Numbered from the stretch's first letter, positions 21,173 to 31,092 are shown. The stretch is DNA of 34,056 bases from Histomonas meleagridis 2922-C6/04-290x (GCA_020184695.1 JAANOX010000183.1:1-34056), one strand, 5' to 3'. Notes: generated by a model not told the origin, from the letters alone. Numbers and translations: made by a program.

Positions 21173-23392
21173 ATGCATTATCCATATTATACATTAAATG
21201 TTGATGATGATAAATCTGCAATTGTTACAGTTAATAATATAGATATTATTTTCGATTCAATATCAATGTTAATAAACTTAGGATATATGCGAATTAATAT
21301 ATATTCATCTAATCTTAATCGAAAGATCACAATCCTAAATGATGAAGCTTATGATTCGATTGTTGAATTTGTTTGTAATTCAAGTCAAATTGTATTAGAA
21401 GGGAAACATTTGTTGATTGTGAATACACAAGAAATATCATTTGAGATAACTCCGAATAGTTTCATTACTTTTGAAGCTGATCATTATTTATAGCGTGTTA
21501 AAATTTCGAATATCAACTTCGATTCAAACGAAATTATAAATATTAAATTTGATCTCGATCATTCAACAATTGGAGAGATTTTTTCTGATATAATTCGAAT
21601 TAATGGAAGTGGTTTCATTGATATTCCTGGAAAAATGATTATAAATAATCTAGAACTTACTGGATTAAGTCCAATCATAGGGTGTCCAACCCCAAGTGTA
21701 GCATCTCATTATACAAATAAAATTCAAATGTACTAAGATAATGATTAGAATGTATACTTGATATACTCTCCTTTGGTATGTATTACTTGTTCCAATCTCC
21801 TTTTCCATTCTTCAAAAACCCGTTTTAACATATCGGTTGGTATTTGTTGTAAAATATCAGTTATACATTTTTTAACTCCTTTCTTGATTCGTATGATTGA
21901 CCTTCCATATTATTTTTGATATAGCCAAATAGGAAGATATCTGATGGTGCTATATCTGGTGAATAAAAAGGATGAGGTGCTCTTTTAAGACCTTTAATAT
22001 TCATTATATTAGTTGTGTGCTTCGATATGTGAGGACGTGCATTATCGGCATGGACGGTTAATCTTCTTCCTTCATTATCTTAATATCCCCCATTTAATTT
22101 TGAAAGTTCCTTAATAATATTATTTGCATAATACTCTGAATTAAATGTTTCCCCTTTTGGAAGAAAGTTAATAACCTTTATTCCGCTTGGATTCCAAAAA
22201 GCCGTCAGCATAATTTTTTTATCTGTTAAAACCTTATTTGGACGTGTTTGAGGCTGACTTCCGATGGGTATCCATTGTTGAGAAGGATAATATGAATATT
22301 CAAACCAAGATTCGTCTCCTGTGACGAAATATATATAATTGTTATGTTTGGCTGAATTCAGAATCTTACTAAGTGCCTTTGAGATTGTTACCCTTTGAAT
22401 TTTTTGTTTTTCTGAGAGACTGTGGGGAACCCACTTTAAATGCATGTTTAAATAAAAAAGCATATTTGTTAAATGATAATATACCGTACTTTTTGGAATC
22501 CCCGTAGTGTTAGCTATATAACGAACAGATGCAAATGGTTCTTCATCAAGTACATACAAAATTTTTTCATTCATTAATGATTTTTGTGTTCATCGAAATT
22601 TGCATTTGAAGTTTTTGTTAACTTTTTTTGATGTTTTGCAATTTCTCATATATTTTTTAATTGTTTAATTTGAAATACATTGATCTTGAAGAGTCAACTT
22701 CATTTCTTTATATATTGATTTTTTTAATTTTTCCCTTGTAAGTGTAAGAAAATCGCGATTGATTTCTGGTCGAGTTCCATTTTGAACTTTTTGATAATTT
22801 AACTCGTATATTTTTTCCGATTTACTATCAAAAAAGTTCAAATATCTCATTATATCTAATTATTATGAGACTTCATATTTATAAAAAATAAAATGTTATA
22901 TTCATATATTATTCATATATATTCATTAATAATTATATATGCTCACATATGGAGATGCTACACTTAGGGTTGGACACCCTATATAATAAATGGAATCGGT
23001 ATTGCTGTCATTCATTATTATGTAGAAATAAATGTAACTGTAAATGCATCAAATAATGGTGAAACACAACTACATATTTCAATTAATTCGATTAATTCAT
23101 ATAAGCCAATTAAAGTCACTGGTTATCCAAAAAAAGATTCAAGAAAAATAAAGAATGGAGATGTTAAATTATTGAAACTGATAATGGAATTGAGATCGAA
23201 GGAATGGAGAAAGATAAAAATAATTATGAAAAATGGTTAATTATTGGCGTTGTCATTGGTGTTGTGGTGGTTGCTGTTGTAGTAACTGTCATTATAATTT
23301 ATGTAAAGAGAAGAAATGTAAAAGATAAAGAAGCTATGAAATCAATAATGCAATCTGTGGATAATGGAAAGATAATATATACTGGAAATTAA
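21173..23392 (+). pseudogene. Host single-pass membrane protein gene split by a mariner insertion
   Basis: Removing the mariner and one TA restores ..LELTGLSPIIINGIGIAV.. in frame. C-terminal TM WLIIGVVIGVVVVAVVVTVIIIYV followed by KRR. Additional stop at 21493 and a frameshift near 23170. Confidence 0.75.
21678..22981 (-). mobile_element. Full-length mariner element (1304 bp) with decayed transposase
   Basis: 30-bp TIRs TAGGGTGTCCAACCC(C/T)AAGTGTAGCATCTC (29/30), flanked by CA and TA. Transposase runs from ATG 22780 to ~21745 with WVPHSL, VTGDESW, HADNARPH and PHPFYSPDIAPSD. Confidence 0.93.
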
Positions 23393-23504
23393 AATCTATA
23401 ATAAGTATTGAAAGATATTATTAGTTATGATAGAACATCGTATTTTAAATTATTCATTATGTAAAAATTGTTATTTTTATTTAATTTTTAAGTTAGATGA
23501 AAAT

Positions 23505-24441
23505 ATGGTAACTTTAGCACATCTTATACTTGATTTAAAGGAAGATGTTGAAAAAATTAGAGAAGCACAAACTCTGAAAGGTGCAGATGATATACCATAT
23601 ATATATACTATATATATCATCAGTTGAAAAACATAATAAGGGTAAAAAGGAAAAATACCATTGGGCAGCCATAGAAAAAGATATTAATAACGATGGAATT
23701 CCAGATATTAAAGTTAAAGATCAACATGGTAGAGCAAAACTTGTGAATGGATGGACAATTAAAACACAAGATTATTATGAAAGAGAATATATCAAATTTT
23801 TACAAAATCAATATGGAAATCCGTATACAAGAAGAATTAGAAGAGCAAATGGTGAAAAATTATTCGATTTTAAAGATTGGATGAATGAATATGTAAGATC
23901 AGTTGAATATGATGAAGACAAACCATTTGATGATCCTGAGGTAAATTTATTGAATACAGATCTAATTAATAAGGTCGATGCATTCAATGATAAATATTAT
24001 AGAGCAACTGGTGTTCCAAATATTTATCAAACACATAAACCAAGAAGGCGAACAGCAAATCAAGTATTTACTAGTTTTGTTATTAAGAAACTTTATTCTG
24101 ATTATATTGAAGCATTGGACAAAAAATTGGTACAAAAATATCCTAATCCTACAGATCGTGAAAATATAATTAAACGATGCAAAGCAAGGAATCCAATACT
24201 TACTATATCTGGGCATTTTTATAGCAATCTTATTATTCCAAAAGTCGTAAAATTATATATAAATCAAGGAATTAAAGATGAGAAAGATGCAAAGAATTAC
24301 ATTAGACCAGATACAGGTGAAAATTATCATACAAGTGCTGCAAAACAAATTGTTTCAGAATATTTATCGAACAAAGATGGATGTTTAGATAAATTCCGTC
24401 AACAATTTGATACAGAATTAATGCAAAAAGGAGGTATATAA
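23505..24441 (+). CDS. Conserved element ORF (~310 aa) with a DxNxDG-type loop; frameshift in a TA microsatellite
   Basis: MVTLAHLILDLKEDVEKIREAQ.. joins 23581-24441 across the (TA)n tract at ~23595-23615. Contains EKDINNDGIPDI, and codon usage resembles the other element genes. Confidence 0.55.
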
Positions 24442-24470
24442 ATAAAAAATTTTTTAAATCATTAGAATTT

Positions 24471-24992
24471 ATGATTAAAATTAGTGATTTCTCACCCCAT
24501 GTAGGGAAGAATAATACTGAACATAATAGTTCTAGTGCTAATTGTAAAGTTATTATTAATAATAACAATAGTGAAACACCAGCACATTATCCTGAAGTTA
24601 ATGAAGAAACACCAAAAATAATTACAAGAGAAACTGATCTTAATACTGATAATGCTAGTGCTTTATATAAACATATAGCTTTAACATTTAGTGCGATATT
24701 AAAAACAAATAATATGAAATTAATAGCAAATTTAATTGATAATAGTGGTAAAATTATAATTAATGCTAATGATTTAGTACAAGCTATAAGTTTAATTTTA
24801 GAAATTGATTTTAATCAAGTTAGATTAAGTTATGAAGATCCTGAACCTGGATGTTTAAAACATGTAAATCCAATTAAAAAAGTTAATTCAATTAAGATTA
24901 ATGGATATGATTTTAATTCTCAATATAATAAAGAATATAACACATTAATGGATGAATTCAATATATCATTAGAAAAAGTATTTATTTATTAA
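24471..24992 (+). CDS. Conserved element ORF (173 aa), intact
   Basis: ATG preceded by Inr-like TCATTA. Its stop overlaps the convergent integrase stop (24982-24992). Confidence 0.6.
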   Translation: MIKISDFSPHVGKNNTEHNSSSANCKVIINNNNSETPAHYPEVNEETPKIITRETDLNTDNASALYKHIALTFSAILKTNNMKLIANLIDNSGKIIINANDLVQAISLILEIDFNQVRLSYEDPEPGCLKHVNPIKKVNSIKINGYDFNSQYNKEYNTLMDEFNISLEKVFIY

Positions 24993-26550
24993 AATTAATA
25001 TGATAAGGCACAGGATTTGATAAATATCTTGGTACTGACATTTTTATACCTTTTTCATTATTATAAATATTATATTTACCTTTTTCGAAATTATCTACTA
25101 TAAAAATATCTGATAATATTTTTGATCTCTTTTTTAGTTGATCTGTGTTATAAACTGTTACTGTTGTACCAGGAGGTAAATAAAATCCTTCTTGATTTAT
25201 AATTTTATCATTTAATTTATGTAACTCTAAACCAAAAGATTTTCTTTGATTAAAAGCTTCTATTGGTGAAATTTTTTTGTGATTTAATTGGCTTAATGTT
25301 TTATGATAAGAATTATTATAATTACCGACAATTTTCTTCATATGATATGGATCTATTTCTTTTAAACCCATATTATCAGCCATATCTCTAATAGTTCTAC
25401 AAATTCTATTTATTATAGCTAAAGAAGTATGAATAGGATAAGATTTATCTTCTAAAATTATTCTTTTTACTGGAATTATTTTTACACCAGATAAATGTGC
25501 TGCTATATATTGTATAGGTTTAGATAAAAATGATTTTTCAGAATCACAATGTATAATTTTAGGATTAAATCCTGCATTATATAATATAAATAAAGCTTTA
25601 GCTATAGATTCTATTGATTTCTTTGTAGTTATTTTATCATTTATTTTTGTATTAGTATAGGCATAAAATAAAAATCTAGGCCTAATTTCAACTGCTAATA
25701 AATAACAATATTTTTGTTTCTGTTTTTAGTGGTATCATCATAACCAGAAAAATAAATCCATTTGATATTCACCATTATTACCAATATATTTTTAGTTGAT
25801 ATTTTTTTATTTCTTTTTATAAGGAAAATAATGTATATTAGGTTTAAATTGTGGATCTAATTTTTGAATAATCAATATGATATGGAAGTAAATAGTTATC
25901 AAATAAATATTTGTTTTTTTCGAACGAGATTTGAAACCTGTGTTAATATAAGGTGAATTCTTAAAATCTTCATAAATATTATAATTTTTATAAATCAAAT
26001 ACGCTCCCAATTTTATTATCAATTATTTCAATACCATATAAATATTTCCTTGATTCTTCACAATATTTATTAAATTTGAGAGGCTTTTTTTTAGCTTCAA
26101 AAACTTTGTGTGCAAACATCTCATTCAATTTTATAATAATCGTTCTAATATAATATTCATAATGCTCTGGAATTGTTTTTCCTCCAATTTTTTCATTAAT
26201 AGGTGTAATTTTTTCATTTTCGATAAAAATTTTAATAAAATTATATTCAAATTCTTCATAATTGTTAAAATTTTTATTTTTGAATTGATTATCTGTTATT
26301 TAATCTAAGCTGATATCTATATAATAATTAACTAAATTGTTGTATGTTTCAACTAATGGCTTTGTACCAGTATTAAATTCAGGTGTAAAATTAGACTCCC
26401 TATTATATTTTTCATTCAAAAAATTAATAAAATTTTTTTAAGACTCAAATTACCTTTTTAATTGTGAATTTTGATTATTTAATTCATTTTTAATCAATTT
26501 TTTTCGAATGAATCTTGTATTTCTCTCTTTCTTTTATAAACTTGATCCAT
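24982..26550 (-). pseudogene. Retroviral-type (rve) integrase with a long N-terminal extension, copy C
   Basis: YQMDLF (D1), KIIHCDSEKSF (D2) and HTSLAIINRICRTIRDM (third site is Asn), then YNNSYHKTL and an SH3-like tail. Several homopolymer frameshifts. ATG 26550 is preceded by TCATTT. Confidence 0.85.
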
Positions 26551-26576
26551 AAATAAAATGAAATAAAATATTTTTT

Positions 26577-28581
26577 TTATCCTTTAAATACACTTAATAA
26601 ATGTTCATCTATTTTACCTGTTACTTTACCAACTATTGAATTTAATATTTTAGTAGTTATTACTAAATCATCTGATAATTTATTACCATCAAATAATACT
26701 ACATCACCAATTTCATAATCTGCAGTATTATTTACTCTAAAATAACAATCTCCATGTGTAGCAAAATCAATAGTATCTTGTAAAATTTCGATTTCTCTTT
26801 TAATAACATCACCTATTGAAGCTTTATATCCATTTTCATGTTTAGATACACATATCCCTAAATATTCTTTATATGTACCTGATGTTTTAACTGATGGTAT
26901 ACAATCTGTTGTAGATGTATTTGAAGTATATATACCATTTTCTTTTAATGAAAAAACATTACCTGTACAAAATACTGGTGAACCAATTTGAAATTGTGTT
27001 AAGTCTTCTGAAACAGGAGCATTATGAATAATAGTTGTATTTATTTGTGCAAGACCTCCAGTTCCTTCGAATGTATTAAATGTAGTTGCGATATAATATA
27101 TTGCACTATATGTATCAGAAAAGGTACCATCATTTTGTTTCTTTTGTGTTACAGATTCAAAATATAATCTTCCATATTTTTTATCTGAAGTAGGTGTACA
27201 TCCATAAATTCTCCATAATAATTGATATGTATTACCTGATTCTTCAATTATACTGTGAAATAAAGTTAATTTAGTAGATTCTAAACTATCGAATTGACCA
27301 GTAGCAGATTTTATATTTCCAGTATTTACAATACCATTAGTATATACAGAGTACATAATTTTGAAGCAATTTGAGTTATTACAACCTAATGCATCAAGAG
27401 CTGCTGAGTAATAAAAACCATTGCAACCTTTTAGTGTTGGTATAAATTCCATAACATTCCCTTTACATTGTATTCTAAAACTATAATCATTTTCATATCC
27501 ATCACTAGTATGCATATCTATATAAGGACCTGTTTCTAAAACACCATCGTTTTTAATAACTGCAATTGAAGGAACACTAATATTTAAATTTGAATATGAA
27601 GGAGAAGAATTTAAAGCAAAACCATTAATTGTTGAACATGTGATATTTTCTGGATTTGATACTGTAGGAATATCTGTTAAATCATTATAACTATGTGTAT
27701 GATTTGATGCAGCATATTTTGTATCATGATTATGATCTTTTGAAGCATACTCAGGATGTGTATGATCAATCAATGCATATCTAGTATCATGATAATGTTC
27801 TACAGGAACAAATGCATCAGGTATGCCATATAAATCACCCCAACTATGCATGTGTGCTTCTACTGGAGGAATATCTGTTAAATCATTATAACTATGTGTA
27901 TGATCTGAAGGTGGAAATGTTTCAGGTTTATCATTTAAATCGTTATAACTATGAGTATGTTCTGTTGAAGCATAGTTTGTATGTTCATGATCTTTTTTAG
28001 CATAAATCTCATCATGATTATGATCATTTAAAGATATCTTAGTTGTATCTAAATTATTAATAGTTGCACATTGAATATTTCCATTATTTCCAAAACTTAA
28101 TAATGAACCAGTTTTTGATTTAAAAATCTAATGAATTAGTATTAGCAGTTATTCTCCATGTATTATCTTTATCATAATCTGCCTTATTATGCATATCAAT
28201 ATATTGTCCAACTTCTACAACACCATCTTCTTTTAATGTAATAATAGATGGTACATATAATTTTGTATCCCATTTACCACCTTCTGCAGTTGTTAATTGA
28301 AAACCATTTAATGAATTAACTTGTACATTCCCATTTACTGTTAAATCATTATTTATTGTATTATGAGTATGACTTTTTGTTGAATATTTTTCATCTGATT
28401 GCGATTTATTATAATATAATTGAGGTAATGTAATCGAAGTTATAGTATTAAGTTTTTCTGTTATTTGATCATTTGTAGGATAATTTTCTAAAAGTTCTTC
28501 TAAATCATCTTTATCAATAATTTCAGGAGCAGCAATAACATTAGTTTTTATACCTTTCGTAGCATTCTCAATAGTAAACAT
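26577..28581 (-). CDS. Fibre-like HxH-repeat protein (~667 aa), copy C, split by one extra base
   Basis: 28120-28581 joins the downstream frame if the A5 run at 28122-28126 is A4, as in copy A. Nine HxH motifs, two IDMH..(W/F)RI modules and the FATHGD C-terminal domain. Confidence 0.75.
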
Positions 28582-28603
28582 TGATAAAAAATGATTTTTT
28601 TAT

Positions 28604-28868
28604 TTAATAAATTAATAATAATTCTAACATAAAATATTCTGGATCAATTTCTGTTTTCATTTGTATAAATACAAAAATGATCTTCATAATGATCACGTTC
28701 AATGAAATCAGCATGCATTGAAACATCAGATACTAAATAATCCTTAAATTTACACTTACATTGTTGTACTACTATATATCTAGGATTTTGAGAATCGACA
28801 AATTCAGGCGGAAAACGGTTTTCTTTTTGCGAAGTACAAAAATACGTTTTAGTCACAGGTTTGAGCAT
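28604..28868 (-). pseudogene. Small conserved element ORF, copy C, with a 77-bp deletion
   Basis: Aligns to 6796-7137. The missing segment lies between two TTCT microhomologies (6841 and 6918 in copy A). Confidence 0.6.
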
Positions 28869-29132
28869 TTATGAAAAATAAAAGTTTGCCATGCAACCAA
28901 ACAATAACCGTCGCTTTTTGACTACTAACCTCCGACCGAATAATAACCGGGGACAATTTGTGCTGGTTATACGAGGTTTTTGATAGGTTTATGCGAAAAG
29001 TGGCATAAAAAGTGCTATCGTCCCTATGAAAAAGTTTCGCGTTCTTTCAAAATTGAATGCGCATTCAAATTTTCAGACGAATTGTATGGCTCACAAAAAT
29101 CATTTTGATTTTTGTTGCGAGCGGAGCGAGCA

Positions 29133-29219
29133 CACTCGGGGGATCGAAGGGGTCTGAGACCTCCGGAGGTGCCCTTCGGACCCCTTCGGAGGTCTCAGAC
29201 CTTTTCAATCCCCCCAGTG
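29133..29219. repeat. Subterminal hairpin 1 (copy C), loop inverted relative to copy A
   Basis: Centre TGCCCTTCGGACC (29170-29182) is the exact reverse complement of GGTCCGAAGGGCA (7471-7483). Confidence 0.95.
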
Positions 29220-29323
29220 AAAACTAAAGGTCGGGAATGATCACGAGGACCCTAGGGGCCCCGCCTCCGGCGGGGCCCCTAGGGTCCTCGTGATCATTCC
29301 CGACCGCATTATATACCTACCTA
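29204..29323 (-). repeat. Right TIR with 77-bp hairpin 2 (29229-29305)
   Basis: Perfect 37-bp arms around a TCC loop, ending CATTATATACCTACCTA. Confidence 0.95.
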
Positions 29324-29456
29324 ATTATGCTAATTTTAATAAAACTTGAACTCTACAATCAGGAGAGGTATAAAGAAATCAGCTAATTTTAATAAGCACA
29401 ATCAGCAATTGAATCATGATGATTTTCATCTTTATAATTGAATTTCTCTAATTTAG

Positions 29457-29574
29457 TATGAATTTTCATATATCTTTGAGATATAGCTAAGTTTATAAAC
29501 TTTTGATTTCAGTAAATTTACTATGAATTTTCATATATCTTTGAGATATAGCTAAGTTTATAAACTTTTGATTT
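29457..29574. repeat. Perfect 53-bp direct duplication (period 65)
   Basis: TATGAATTTTCATATATCTTTGAGATATAGCTAAGTTTATAAACTTTTGATTT at 29457-29509 and 29522-29574. Confidence 0.9.
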
Positions 29575-30049
29575 TTTTAATATTTCGAATGTCTATGTAG
29601 TTAAACTATGTTTTTTAATATCATGTAAAAAAATGCATATGTTCTATTTGTAGTACGACACTCAGCTAATTCATTATTCCAAATTTCATCAATAATTTCC
29701 CAATTAAATTTAGTTAAATTTTTAATTAAATATAAAATTAATTTATCAACTTTAAATTGCGGGTTATTAAATATTGGTTCTTTATTAATATGAAAAAATT
29801 TAATTGTACATTATTTTAATAAAGGGAATAAAACTGATGAAATTTTTACATCATATAAAGTCACTAATAAATCATTTAAACAATCAACACTATTACATAA
29901 TTGTATAAACTTAATACAAATCATTTGATTTAGAAATCCATTATTTTTCATACTTATTGAGTATTTATTATAAGTGATTTTAATCTAGTTTTATCTAATC
30001 ATTAGAGTGAATCCGAATTAATATTTCGATAAATCAATGAAGATTTCTT

Positions 30050-31092
30050 CTAATTCTTTATTTTCTGTTTGTAAATGAATTCCTTGATCAGATATTTGAA
30101 TAATAAAAGGAAATATAAACAAAGACAAACTCTTACATTCCAATATAATAAAGCAAAAAATTTATAAGTTTGTTCATAAGTAGCCAGAGTTTCTTCAAAA
30201 ATAGGTAAAATAAACTTACAATTAGCACAAGAATTAAGATCATCATTTTCTAAAGGAATACATAAAATTAGAAAGTTTTTGAAGTCAAAAAACAATTTAA
30301 GAAATCAATATAACATTTCAGATCGAAAATAAATATTTATTCCTTATAATTTCAAATATGAGAATATAATTCGAAATTAATTGTAAAATAATCCCACGAT
30401 CACAAAATTCACAAAGATCTTTATAAAACATTGACAAACTTTATCAGAATCATTACTATTAAAATGAATTATTGCATTTTGTAATGATTTTTTTAAAACT
30501 TTATAAGAATCATTATAAACAAATGATTTTCCTAATTTACATTTAAGTAATAAATCTAATTAAAAAAAACAGATTGAAAATCATTTCATTTGTTGTAGCA
30601 TTTGGTGAATAATTCGATGAAATTACTTTAACATCTATAGATAATACTGCTTTATAATCCCAATTCTTACTATCAATAATATTAACTTCATGTTCTCCAT
30701 TTGCTAATATTCTACCATCTTGTAAAATTGGTATTGATCCTGCACCAATATGTTCAATTGAACTTGAGTCAGATTGTGTAGATTGTGATTTACTCTCTAA
30801 ATGATATAATTTAAAATCTATAAACATATCTTCTTTTATTGGTTATGGTAAATCTGAAATAAATTCATCATACTATTTAGGATTTGAACCATGATATAAA
30901 CAATGCATTTTATAACATGTTTGGATCTTGAATTAATAATGTTTTAGTACCTTGTCGAAATGTAATGTTTGAGACAATATTTCTTTCTTTAACACTAGAT
31001 TTTAAAATCATACTTAAACTTTTGATGTATGCAATAATATATTTACATACATACAATAATGTATTAACATTTATATTATAATTTATTAGCAT
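30050..31092 (-). pseudogene. DOCK-family GEF fragment (DHR-1/C2 domain)
   Basis: KERNIVSNITFR...HCLYHGSNPK*YDEFISDLP*PIKEDMFIDFKLYHLESK...IGAGSIPILQDGRILANGEHEVNI fits the DOCK C2 pattern (RNI; YH..P.FYDEIKI.LP; F..YH; IG...LPL..DG....GEH). It has in-frame stops and frameshifts. Confidence 0.7.

Larger units (their letters stand above)
15557..29323. mobile_element. Putative complete Maverick/Polinton-like virus-like element (ends B and C) with 120-bp hairpin-containing TIRs
   Basis: 15557-15676 and 29204-29323 are inverted repeats (113/120 identical). Flanks are ATTATT and ATTATG (5/6 match, possible TSD). It contains capsid-like, fibre and integrase genes, with ~6 kb of host-like/TE DNA in the middle. 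That both ends belong to one insertion is inferred. Confidence 0.65.

Noticed and set aside
17400-23400. DNA polymerase B or packaging ATPase of the element
   Set aside because: No PolB (DxxSLYP, YxDTD) or Walker A motifs were found in any frame I could read; a heavily decayed copy cannot be fully excluded.
15557-29323. Prophage or bacterial contamination suggested by the phage-like fibre
   Set aside because: There are no ribosome-binding-site or operon features. It is interleaved with mariner, pogo, MULE and DOCK sequences, and its genes have eukaryotic Inr motifs.
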